A stretch of DNA of 63,165 nucleotides from an uncultured Candidatus Saccharibacteria bacterium (lineage in GTDB: Bacteria > Patescibacteriota > Minisyncoccia > Phycocordibacterales > PALSA-1337): assembly GCA_964596595.1 (NCBI GenBank), contig CAZQUI010000004.1, forward strand, positions 1 to 63,165. The letters are read 5' to 3'. The notes under the pieces are model-generated. The model saw only the letters and a program-made list of their open reading frames with translations, was not told the DNA's origin and searched no databases. The stretch's first letter is position 1; every line of letters starts with the position of its first letter. Shown in pieces: positions 54,537 through 63,165 of the stretch. The translations under genes were made by a program, and so were the position numbers.

Positions 54537-55172
54537 TTAGGCCTTAGTGCTACTTGCGAAACGGAGAGCCGGGCCGTTGCCGTCCCAATCGCTGCCAGTC
54601 CAGAGCCAGTAGAGGACCACCCTGTCGCCGTACCCATAGAGATACGGAACACTGAGGCTGCCACTGCGGTTCCGCACGATACCAGCCCATCCGAAGACTG
54701 CTTTTCCTTTGAAGTGTTTCCGGAAAAAGGCAATGCCTTTCTTTCGGATCTCTTCCAGGTCGCGCAGTCTGAGGCAGGTCTTGAGCGTATCGGTCTTTTT
54801 AAGATGGTTGTAGATCTTGTTTCCTCCGATACACTTCCCATCTTTCTGACCATCATGAAGCCACTGCTCCACTACCGCAATATCGTACTCGGCAGGTCCG
54901 ACGCTTTCCAATTCCGGATGCATCACTTCTTTCATCCAGTCAGGATACGACGGACGAATGGAGCGATCCACATGGATTTTACCTTCATCATCGACTATTT
55001 CGGTGACTTCGACGAGCTTGGCTTTCCCTGTCCGCAGCAGTGAGACTGCACGGAAGTTTTCGCCAGTGGAGAGATACTCGACATCGTCGTAGGTACCATT
55101 ATTCCGATTGATGGCAAATTGAAGTTTCTGTGCAATTCCAGGTTCGAGTACCACTTTAAGCTTGCTATTCAT
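54537..55172 (-). CDS. GC-rich hypothetical protein inserted between tpiA and pgk
   Basis: 211 aa; strong SD AAAGGAG; aromatic C-terminus VPYLY..GDRVVLYW.W..SDW...PALRFAS, recalled from Parcubacteria hypothetical proteins. Confidence 0.75.
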   Translation of the reverse strand: MNSKLKVVLEPGIAQKLQFAINRNNGTYDDVEYLSTGENFRAVSLLRTGKAKLVEVTEIVDDEGKIHVDRSIRPSYPDWMKEVMHPELESVGPAEYDIAVVEQWLHDGQKDGKCIGGNKIYNHLKKTDTLKTCLRLRDLEEIRKKGIAFFRKHFKGKAVFGWAGIVRNRSGSLSVPYLYGYGDRVVLYWLWTGSDWDGNGPALRFASSTKA

Positions 55173-55293
55173 ATAGCATGCTCCTTTCTTTGTTGTGAGC
55201 TCGCTGACTACGCAGCATGCTCGATTGTTTTTACTGAACTCTTCAATTCACTAGCAAATCAAAGAACTACATAAAATTATACACCCAAAAACA

Positions 55294-56055
55294 CTACACG
55301 TCAACTGACTTCAAAAGCTCACTAAAACCCTGAATATTTACACTCTGTCTCCCTACCAAAAGACCGTCAACATTGCCTATTTTTATAATATCAGAAGCAT
55401 TTTCTGCATTTACTGAACCACCATATAAAACTTTTACTTTCATAGCCGCATTTTGACCAAAGACATCAGCAAAAGTCTTTCTGACAAAAATTGCCATTTC
55501 ACAGATCTGTTCTGGTTTCATAGCCTCGGTAGCCCCAATAGCCCAAATTGGTTCATAGGCAATGACCACATTTTTGTAATTTTTTAATGAAATTTTTGAT
55601 AGAGAACTGTTTATTTGCTGTTTTATAGTTTCCAAATATTGACCATTTTCATCTCTTACACTTTCACCCACACAAACTATAGCGTTTAATCCAACCTCAA
55701 CTATAGCATTTACTTTTTTGGAAACATCCTCATCACTTTCACCTTGAGCCCGTTCTTCAGAATGACCAACGATCACATATTCAACGCCCAAATCACGTAA
55801 CATATAAACACTAATCTCCCCCGTATGTGCTTCTTCTTCCTTAAAAAGAGAAACCGTCTGAGCGCCCATATAGGCATTTGATGTAGGAGTTCGAGGGGAG
55901 CAATCTGAAATAAATATAAATGGTGGGCAGATTACTACTTCAGTATTAGAAAGTTCCGCTGCTGTTTTACGAGTTTTTTGAGCAATAATTTTTGCTTCAT
56001 CAACTGTCTCCGGATTCATCTTCCAATTACCAACAACCAGTATTTTATTTGACAT
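55294..56055 (-). CDS. tpiA: triosephosphate isomerase
   Basis: GNWKMN, GHSEER, AYEPIWAIG, YGGSV. Confidence 0.98.
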   Translation of the reverse strand: MSNKILVVGNWKMNPETVDEAKIIAQKTRKTAAELSNTEVVICPPFIFISDCSPRTPTSNAYMGAQTVSLFKEEEAHTGEISVYMLRDLGVEYVIVGHSEERAQGESDEDVSKKVNAIVEVGLNAIVCVGESVRDENGQYLETIKQQINSSLSKISLKNYKNVVIAYEPIWAIGATEAMKPEQICEMAIFVRKTFADVFGQNAAMKVKVLYGGSVNAENASDIIKIGNVDGLLVGRQSVNIQGFSELLKSVDV

Positions 56056-56074
56056 GGAAATATTTTAACACATC

Positions 56075-57496
56075 TCACTTCTCTTCTTGCCAAGAAATAG
56101 TTTGATACTGACTAGAGGTTAACGGAAATGACGGTGGAGGACCGTAAAGTAAATTTGTATCGTATGTAATATCACGACTGCTATAACCAGTACCATCGGT
56201 ATAAGCAAAACCATAACGTTGATTTGTTGCAATCATTCCGTATAGAGTTATCGTGTCACGATCATAATAATTCACTCCTCCAGATTTACAATCATTATCA
56301 TAATAATACCGTCCAACACGACCATTTTGAGCAACCAAAGCAGCATCAATCCTCAAATTTAGAGGACTCCACATTCCAACATTAAAACTATCCTGAGAAA
56401 CTAAAGCAATAACATCTGTACCGTCATAGTGATTATACGTAAGATTATTGTTTACAGTGATACTTCTACGAGTAGCAGCGTTATCAGGAAATCTGGCTGC
56501 AGCTATAGTCAAACGAGCACCGTCTATTTCACCTTCAATCCACAAATGATCCTCAACAAAGATAACTCCATTCGCTGGAAATGGATAGTTTGCAATAAAT
56601 GTTTGATTATTAACACTCCAAGTTCCCCACCCAGCTTGATTTAAAGAATTAGTACAACCATTAGGCGCAGCTCTTAAGGAAGTTACTCGATATAAATCAA
56701 AAGTATCATTATTTTTAAGAAGAATGCGATAGCCCTGTGCACCAGAAGCGTCTATATAGCGACCGTTGGCTTGAGCGTCAGCTTTCATTTGAGCTAAATC
56801 AAAAGTCAAACCAGCAAAATCAAATGATTGAATAGGAAATTGCCTACCAGCCACAAAGACATCTGGCCGACTAGGCACAGCAGCGGGAGGATTAGGGTCT
56901 GCTGGCGATAAAGGTGTGTAAACGCCAAATTTTTGTTGAGTATTACCATCATCAGGATCATCATAAGTACTTTTTGAACTAGTAACCAAATTATGAGATA
57001 AACCTTCAAAACGAATTCCGCCATTTGAATGAATTGGCCCAAAGATCTCAGTTCCCGGCCCAAAACGCATATCATTGTTTGCAACAACAGCAAATTTAGC
57101 CAGTGATGGAATTGCCAAAGTAGCTTGAATCGCACGAGATATTGATGGATTTGATTGCAAAACACCCTTAGATCTAACTTTTACAATTGTGGACCCAATG
57201 GGCGGAGGAGTTATAGTCAATTCGAATTGTCCTACAACATCACCATCAGCATCTTTTACATCATGAATGTAAGGGCCAGGATTACCAGTACCATCTGTAT
57301 AATCTGTAGCCGCATGGGCTAAATGCCAACGATAATATTCGATACCCGCTTCGGCCAATTGAAAAGCTTGTTCGCGATAAGTTACCAATCGAGTTTCTTT
57401 TAATACAGAAGCTCCCCAATTTACTAAACCAATAGTAACTGTAATAGCGATTGACGCAAAAACTAATGTATTTATAAGAATAAAACCTTTTTTCAT
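56075..57496 (-). CDS. PilX-like minor pilin with large C-terminal domain
   Basis: KKG|FILINTLV lacks E5 as PilX/GspK do; AFQLAEAGIE; GPIHSNG. Confidence 0.85.
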   Translation of the reverse strand: MKKGFILINTLVFASIAITVTIGLVNWGASVLKETRLVTYREQAFQLAEAGIEYYRWHLAHAATDYTDGTGNPGPYIHDVKDADGDVVGQFELTITPPPIGSTIVKVRSKGVLQSNPSISRAIQATLAIPSLAKFAVVANNDMRFGPGTEIFGPIHSNGGIRFEGLSHNLVTSSKSTYDDPDDGNTQQKFGVYTPLSPADPNPPAAVPSRPDVFVAGRQFPIQSFDFAGLTFDLAQMKADAQANGRYIDASGAQGYRILLKNNDTFDLYRVTSLRAAPNGCTNSLNQAGWGTWSVNNQTFIANYPFPANGVIFVEDHLWIEGEIDGARLTIAAARFPDNAATRRSITVNNNLTYNHYDGTDVIALVSQDSFNVGMWSPLNLRIDAALVAQNGRVGRYYYDNDCKSGGVNYYDRDTITLYGMIATNQRYGFAYTDGTGYSSRDITYDTNLLYGPPPSFPLTSSQYQTISWQEEK

Positions 57497-58119
57497 AAAT
57501 TATCTTTCAAATTACGAAGTGAAACTTGAGTAGAAAACGTCTTAGCAGGAGGTGGTTTATTTAGATCACTATCAATTACTAAATTAATTTTTATTAACCT
57601 AATTGAAGTCAGTACCAAAGGATAAGTCATGGCGGGAGTAGTGCCATTGTAGGTTGATAAGAAATATTCAAATACCGGTGTAGTTGAAGAATTGGCTATA
57701 CCAGTAGCCACAACCCTCTTTGATTCCTGAGCCATATTATAAACAGCCGGAGAACCAGTAGGTTTTGTAAGACCACGGTAAAGAGTTGTACTCGCGAGAT
57801 AATAACGAACCTGATCAGTCAGACCATCACTATCAACATCAGCATAAAAAGTAATTGAACTTGTAGCAGCTGACAAAATAGCAAATGAACCATTTGCCGA
57901 AGAAGCAGAGGCGCGAAATTCACGAGACATAACTTTTAACAAATTATTTGCTTCTTGAATATTTGTTAATCTAATCTGAGTAGAACGATTGTAACTCAAA
58001 ATATTGAATTGAAATGTTCCAACCGCCACCATGACAATTACGATGATCGACAAGGTAACGAGTATTTCAGTAAGAGTCATACCTTGTTTAGTTTTTAACT
58101 GTAATTTTCTAAAGAACAT
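57493..58119 (-). CDS. PilW-like minor pilin
   Basis: KQG|MTLTEILV prepilin cleavage motif; overlaps next gene by 4 nt. Confidence 0.85.
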   Translation of the reverse strand: MFFRKLQLKTKQGMTLTEILVTLSIIVIVMVAVGTFQFNILSYNRSTQIRLTNIQEANNLLKVMSREFRASASSANGSFAILSAATSSITFYADVDSDGLTDQVRYYLASTTLYRGLTKPTGSPAVYNMAQESKRVVATGIANSSTTPVFEYFLSTYNGTTPAMTYPLVLTSIRLIKINLVIDSDLNKPPPAKTFSTQVSLRNLKDNL

Positions 58120-58148
58120 ACATCTTATTTTAACTTATTTTTAAACAA

Positions 58149-59957
58149 TTATGGACTCATTAAAACTTGTTTTTCTAACCAAGCACTATCTATCAAAATG
58201 TCGGCCGTATACAAAGTATACCCTCCTTTCGTAACAGTTAGCGTATAATTTTGATTTAATGAAAGACCTGAAAATACAACTTGTCCTGGAGGCACACAAT
58301 CTGAAGTATAGGTAAATGAAATATCAGAAATATTTGGAGTACTACTCGGATCAGCGGTATTTAGATACAAACGATACTTAGCATACCGATCTTGAGAATG
58401 AATAGAATTTAAAGAAGAATTTGAACTTGTGTAAAAACTACCAGTGGTACCATCTGGACCAACAAATTCCCAAGGACCACTTGGTGAGGTACTGGCAGCA
58501 GTAGCAAACTGCATCCGAACACTATCAGGTCCAACTAATACAGGCTGATCATTTGGTGACCAGATAAGTGAATAAAAATTACTATCCGATCCAGTATCAA
58601 AAATTGAAGACTCGAGCCACCCAGCAGAATTATAATTACCAAAAACATTCTTTAAAGTTATTTGCCCCGGTAAAGTAGTGGTATCAAAATTACTATCGTC
58701 AAAAGCGTACGCTGTAGGATTTACATAATTTGTTTGTCCGGCACCCCCCGACCAATTAGTCTGATTCAAATAACCACGCCCGGTAATTTGAGTTGAATCA
58801 AAACCAGATGGACCAACAAGTCTTACTGTAGCATCAGAAAGCGGTAACTGAGTAACATTATCTTTTATCGTAACCAGTAAACTATTTGGATTTTTAGGCG
58901 CAACAACGAGCTGCAGATTTGTCTCTGAGTCTGGATTTACGGTTAAGGGATTTAAAGGATTGATACCAATTAGATCATTTACAGTATCTGTAGCTAATAA
59001 CGTGTAAATATCCCACTCTAAAGAATTTAGAGTCAAAAGACCACCCCCATCTGTAACATGATTAGCATTATATTTATGAGTAACAGGAGCAATTAATTTT
59101 TCACCGGTTAATGAAAAATCAAAATTACCTACCGGCGTGCAAGTTGTTGTCACACTAGATATATTTAATTTACTTAGTTTATCTATAGCAAAACTAACTT
59201 GAGTCACTTGCTGAATTAGAACTGTAGCATCAGGCTTTGGAATTATTGGATTATTTATATCTGTAGCATACGTTCGATCTGTTGAATAACCAGGTTTTGT
59301 AACAACGATCCGGTAGGCATTAGCCTCTGGAGGAACATCCACCAATTGAAGTAGACCATTTTCATCAGTTACATCATTTATTTCTATAGTAGCTGTTGTG
59401 GTAGCAATATTTTTTACATTTACACTTGCACCCTGAATAGGTTGTCCATTGGCATCGAAAACTCTTATAAAAAGAGCTCCATTTACAGAAGCTGTTTCTA
59501 GACCTTTTGGCGCAACTCGACCAGACACAACAATTGGTTGCATATTTCTACAATCACTACAAGAAACTGTTATCTGCAAAAGTTTATTGTCAGCTGGAGA
59601 CAAATCATTTGGCGAACCACCGATTGTACCATCAAAAGGTAGATCCACATTTCTAACAATTGTACTTACAGTAAACGTAACCCCTCCCCTAACTAGATTT
59701 TGAATGTAAGGTATATCACCACTCGGAACACTTCCTTGAACTCCAACTTTTGAGTAAGGCATGTTTCGGGCAATTTCAAATTGTTCATTAGCAAGAGCCG
59801 TTGCCAATACTTTATATTGACTCAAATCAACCAACTTAAACAAGCTTATATACGCTTTATATGCCGAAATGGAAACTATCAGAAATACCGCAATACCAAC
59901 TAAAGCTTCAATTAAAGTAAAACCATAATCATGCTTTTTAAAAAAAATTTTATACAT
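58149..59957 (-). CDS. very large PilV-like pilin with carboxypeptidase-regulatory-like beta-sandwich domains
   Basis: YG|FTLIEALV; VFDANGQPIQGASV...TDENG; LPLSDATVRL; YRIVVTKPGY and YTLTVTKGGY. Confidence 0.85.
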   Translation of the reverse strand: MYKIFFKKHDYGFTLIEALVGIAVFLIVSISAYKAYISLFKLVDLSQYKVLATALANEQFEIARNMPYSKVGVQGSVPSGDIPYIQNLVRGGVTFTVSTIVRNVDLPFDGTIGGSPNDLSPADNKLLQITVSCSDCRNMQPIVVSGRVAPKGLETASVNGALFIRVFDANGQPIQGASVNVKNIATTTATIEINDVTDENGLLQLVDVPPEANAYRIVVTKPGYSTDRTYATDINNPIIPKPDATVLIQQVTQVSFAIDKLSKLNISSVTTTCTPVGNFDFSLTGEKLIAPVTHKYNANHVTDGGGLLTLNSLEWDIYTLLATDTVNDLIGINPLNPLTVNPDSETNLQLVVAPKNPNSLLVTIKDNVTQLPLSDATVRLVGPSGFDSTQITGRGYLNQTNWSGGAGQTNYVNPTAYAFDDSNFDTTTLPGQITLKNVFGNYNSAGWLESSIFDTGSDSNFYSLIWSPNDQPVLVGPDSVRMQFATAASTSPSGPWEFVGPDGTTGSFYTSSNSSLNSIHSQDRYAKYRLYLNTADPSSTPNISDISFTYTSDCVPPGQVVFSGLSLNQNYTLTVTKGGYTLYTADILIDSAWLEKQVLMSP

Positions 59958-59960
59958 ATA

Positions 59961-61178
59961 TTAGATAGCATTTACCAATGAATACATTGGAGAAATCATC
60001 GATATGGCAAAAAATCCTACGGCTGTTCCAATAACAATCATCAAAAAAGGTTCAATAACTGTAGACATATCTTTGGTTTTTTGTTCAACGTCATTTTCAT
60101 AAAATTGAGCTACTCCCAAAAGCATTTCAGACATTTTACCGGTTTCTTCTCCGACACTCATCATTTCTGAAAAAAATATAGGATACACAACTCCTTTTTC
60201 TGAAAACACCTTGGACATAACATCGCCACCCTTAATTGATTCCTTCGCCCTCTCTAATACAGCTTTAAAATAAACGTTTTGAACTACAGAAGTAGTTATT
60301 ACCATAGACTCAACAACATCAACCCCAGATGAAAGCAGTGAGGATAACGTTCTTGCCGTTCGGGCTGTGTTAACTTCCTGGACCAAAACACCAATCAGTG
60401 GAATCTTTAAAAGAAAAGCATGAATGATTTTTTTGCCAGATTTTTTGTGAGACCACCAAGAAAAGATGGATGCGAGTGGCACCAAACCAACAGCAATCCA
60501 GATTCCGTAATTTTTTAAAATTGTACTCACATTTAAAATAAACTGTGTTGAAGCTGGCAATTTAATGTTCAATTCCACAAATGTTTTCATCAAAACTGGA
60601 ATAACAAAAATAAACATCAATATTGCAATGATTAACATTGCCAAAACTATTACCGCTGGATACATAAGCGCTCCCCTAACACGACGTTCAAGAATATACG
60701 TACTATCCATTTGTACTCCAGCTGCTTTTAAAGATTGAGCCAGAGTTCCACTTTGTTCCCCAGCATGAACCATGGAAATAAGAAGTGAAGAAAAAATTCT
60801 ATCATGTTTACTCAAAGCATCAGCAAAAGTGCTCCCCTTATCAATTTCTTGAATAATATCAACTAAAACGCTCTTAAAACCCTTTTTCTTTGACTGTCTT
60901 TCCAAGACAGATAGAGCTCTCGATAATGGTAAACCTGCTTCTAACATAGCACTAAGATTTCTGGCAAAATTTATTTTATCAATGGTCTTTATACCCTTTT
61001 TACCTTTACCGAATGAAACAAAAGTTTTGAATTTGTATATTTTCTTTTCTTCGGCTGTAACTATCTCGTCGCCACTTTCTCTAATAATACGATACAGTTC
61101 ATAGCGATCAGCCGCATCACGTTCAGCTGTATAAATTTCACCAGTGGATCTCTTTGCTTTAAATTTAAAATGAGTCAT
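59961..61178 (-). CDS. pilC: type IV pilus platform protein PilC (T2SS F family)
   Basis: LSAMLEAGLPL, GEQSGTL, ALMYP, GEETG, ISPMY. Confidence 0.95.
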   Translation of the reverse strand: MTHFKFKAKRSTGEIYTAERDAADRYELYRIIRESGDEIVTAEEKKIYKFKTFVSFGKGKKGIKTIDKINFARNLSAMLEAGLPLSRALSVLERQSKKKGFKSVLVDIIQEIDKGSTFADALSKHDRIFSSLLISMVHAGEQSGTLAQSLKAAGVQMDSTYILERRVRGALMYPAVIVLAMLIIAILMFIFVIPVLMKTFVELNIKLPASTQFILNVSTILKNYGIWIAVGLVPLASIFSWWSHKKSGKKIIHAFLLKIPLIGVLVQEVNTARTARTLSSLLSSGVDVVESMVITTSVVQNVYFKAVLERAKESIKGGDVMSKVFSEKGVVYPIFFSEMMSVGEETGKMSEMLLGVAQFYENDVEQKTKDMSTVIEPFLMIVIGTAVGFFAISMISPMYSLVNAI

Positions 61179-61228
61179 CTTTTTTAATTTTAAACAAAAA
61201 TTTAAAATTTAAAATTTACCTAATTATA

Positions 61229-62977
61229 TCATTCCGAAACGACACGTAACACTTCTTCTATGGTTGTAACCCCAGCCACGCATTTGTATATACCATCTTC
61301 AAGCATAGTTAACATACCCTCTTTTTTTGCTTGCTCTTCTATCTCCAGAGAAGTAGAACCTTTCATGATCAAATCTTTAATGCTTTCAGAAACTTTTAAT
61401 ATTTCATGGATACCAACTCGCCCTTTAAAACTTCCCTCTTCAGTTGTTCCACCGGCTTTATAAAACGAAACATCTTGCCACGTATCAGTCTCTTTTACTA
61501 CTTTATCTGCTTTTAAAGCTGCCATTACTCGATTCAGATCAACATCTTTTTGAAGTTGAGCAAATTCATCTTTTGAAAGTTTATAAGCCTGTTTTGTTTC
61601 TGTAAGCTTACGAACCAGACGCTGACCAATAATTATATTAATTGTTGACACCAACAGAAAAGCCTCAACTTTCATATCCAAAAGACGCGGAATTGCTCCC
61701 GCAGCAGAATTTGTATGCAAAGTAGACAAAACCACGTGACCCGTAAGAGAAGCGTTGATAGCCAACGCAGCAGTCTCGTTATCTCGAATCTCACCGACCA
61801 TTATGATGTCAGGATCCTGACGGACCAGAGTTCTAATGCCCTGTGCAAAGCTAAAACCAATTTCAGGTCGAACTTGCGTCTGGTTTATACGCGGCATCTG
61901 ATATTCTATCGGGTCTTCGATGGTAGAAATGTTAACGTCGGGAGTATTGAGAATATCCAACATTGTATAAAGAGTAGTGGTCTTTCCTGAACCAGTTGGA
62001 CCAGTCGTTAAAATCATACCGGTAGTCTGTTTCAGAGCTTTATGAATACGCTCCAAACCTTCACCATGAAAATTTAAATACTCCAAAGTATATCCTGAAA
62101 TACTTTCACGTAGTAAACGCATAACCGTCTTTTCTCCATAATATGTTGGTAAAATAGAAACACGAAACGAAACCTTCTCTTTATTCATATCAACTTTAAA
62201 ACGACCATCTTGAGGTAATCTTTTTTCATCCAATTTTAGATTTGATAGAACTTTTATACGAGCTGTTATAGAAGCTCCGGCTTGTCTCGGAAGAACCATG
62301 GCATCACGAAGCAAGCCGTCGATACGGTAACGAACCAAAACTTGATTATCCATTGGTTCTATATGAATATCTGAAGCATCTTGCAGAACAGCATGTTTGA
62401 TAAGTGTATCCACAATCCTAACCACCGGTAGACCTTCAGCAATTTTTTTCAAATCACCTTCGCTCACATTCTCCCCTTTTTCATCAGAAATCATTTTTAA
62501 TGACTCTGTTTCTTTTTGAATAAGATCTCCAAATTCTGCCTTTAGACTTTTTTGATACTGAACTAAAGTCTCCTTAATTGAATCGGTATCAGTTAGACGT
62601 GGAAGAATTTTTAGATTTACTTTCTTTTTTATAAAATCAATGGCCGAAAGATCGTTTACATCTAACATAGCAACTTCCAAGGAAAAATCTGTTTTTTTAA
62701 AAGCAACAATGTTGTGAGCTCTGGCAATTGGTTCGGGTATCAATGATAAAGTATCAAAAGGAATTTTTTTTGATTTAAGATCAACAAACGGTATACCAAG
62801 CATGTAAGCCTGCATGCGTCGCAAATTGTCTGTAGTAATCTTGCCAGCAGACACCAGTGTCATACCTAAAGGCTTATTATTTTTTTCCGCTTCTCCACGC
62901 GCAATTTCAAGATCTTCTTTATTTACAAGACCAGAGTCGAGAATAAATTTATAGAGCTGGGTATCTTCGACGAGCAT
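61229..62977 (-). CDS. pilB: type IV pilus assembly ATPase PilB (GspE/PulE family)
   Basis: ASDIHIEP, PQDGRF, TGPTGSGKTTTLY, TIEDPIEY, RQDPDIIMVGEIRD, TGHVVLSTLHTN. Confidence 0.97.
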   Translation of the reverse strand: MLVEDTQLYKFILDSGLVNKEDLEIARGEAEKNNKPLGMTLVSAGKITTDNLRRMQAYMLGIPFVDLKSKKIPFDTLSLIPEPIARAHNIVAFKKTDFSLEVAMLDVNDLSAIDFIKKKVNLKILPRLTDTDSIKETLVQYQKSLKAEFGDLIQKETESLKMISDEKGENVSEGDLKKIAEGLPVVRIVDTLIKHAVLQDASDIHIEPMDNQVLVRYRIDGLLRDAMVLPRQAGASITARIKVLSNLKLDEKRLPQDGRFKVDMNKEKVSFRVSILPTYYGEKTVMRLLRESISGYTLEYLNFHGEGLERIHKALKQTTGMILTTGPTGSGKTTTLYTMLDILNTPDVNISTIEDPIEYQMPRINQTQVRPEIGFSFAQGIRTLVRQDPDIIMVGEIRDNETAALAINASLTGHVVLSTLHTNSAAGAIPRLLDMKVEAFLLVSTINIIIGQRLVRKLTETKQAYKLSKDEFAQLQKDVDLNRVMAALKADKVVKETDTWQDVSFYKAGGTTEEGSFKGRVGIHEILKVSESIKDLIMKGSTSLEIEEQAKKEGMLTMLEDGIYKCVAGVTTIEEVLRVVSE

Positions 62978-63050
62978 ATTGTATATATTGTAGCAAATGT
63001 AGACTTAACCGTATAAGGATAAGTAACAAAAAAATACAAAATTATACAAA

Positions 63051-63164
63051 TTATCTACTAAGACTAAACACTCCGACCACAGTCATCCACAACCTCTTCC
63101 AATAAGAAATGCTACGATCTACAGGTTCGGTATTAGCATCTTGCGGATCGAGATGTTTGGTTAC
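63051..63164 (-). CDS. 3' end of a CDS entering from beyond the window (partial)
   Basis: Open frame ...DPQDANTEPVDRSISYWKRLWMTVVGVFSLSR* ending at TAA 63051-63053. Confidence 0.4.
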   Translation of the reverse strand, partial: VTKHLDPQDANTEPVDRSISYWKRLWMTVVGVFSLSR

Positions 63165-63165
63165 A

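Noticed and set aside
54423-55043. 206-aa plus-strand ORF and 109-aa alternate-frame ORF over the 54537 gene
   Set aside because: Stop-poor GC-rich sequence explains them; only the 211-aa frame has an SD, a terminator and a family-like motif
1-63165. CRISPR array, IS element, integrase or prophage
   Set aside because: No regularly spaced repeats, transposase or recombinase motifs, or phage structural genes seen

Overview
A 63-kb chromosomal window from a low-GC Patescibacteria (CPR; Parcubacteria-like) genome in standard code 11. The assignment rests on CPR-style ribosomal proteins, absence of rpmD/L30, a type IV pilus locus, comEC and little metabolism. Most genes lie on the minus strand. 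The backbone is the str/S10/spc ribosomal-protein superoperon, broken in three places: fusA|tuf, rplB|rpsS and rplE|rpsN. Each downstream piece has its own near-consensus sigma70 promoter. Also present: infC-rpmI-rplT, rpmB, smpB-tmRNA, three tRNAs, recG, recJ, rnhA, a PIF1-like helicase, ftsH, tpiA, pgk, comEC and a pilB-pilC-minor pilin cluster. The main anomalies are (1) a well-folded tRNA-Ser with an ACT (A34) anticodon beside a normal tRNA-Ser(GCT), plus a tRNA-Ile(TAT); (2) an EF-Tu with a non-canonical switch I resembling Planctomycetes/Verrucomicrobia EF-Tu; (3) a 2.5-kb surface-protein cassette flanked by a perfect 17-bp direct repeat overlapping the tuf -35 box; (4) an unannotated ~200-nt structured RNA with 6S-like architecture; (5) two small ORFs missed by the ORF track; (6) widespread apparently leaderless genes. 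No CRISPR array, transposase or integrase was seen. All family assignments come from motif recognition by eye, not database searches.
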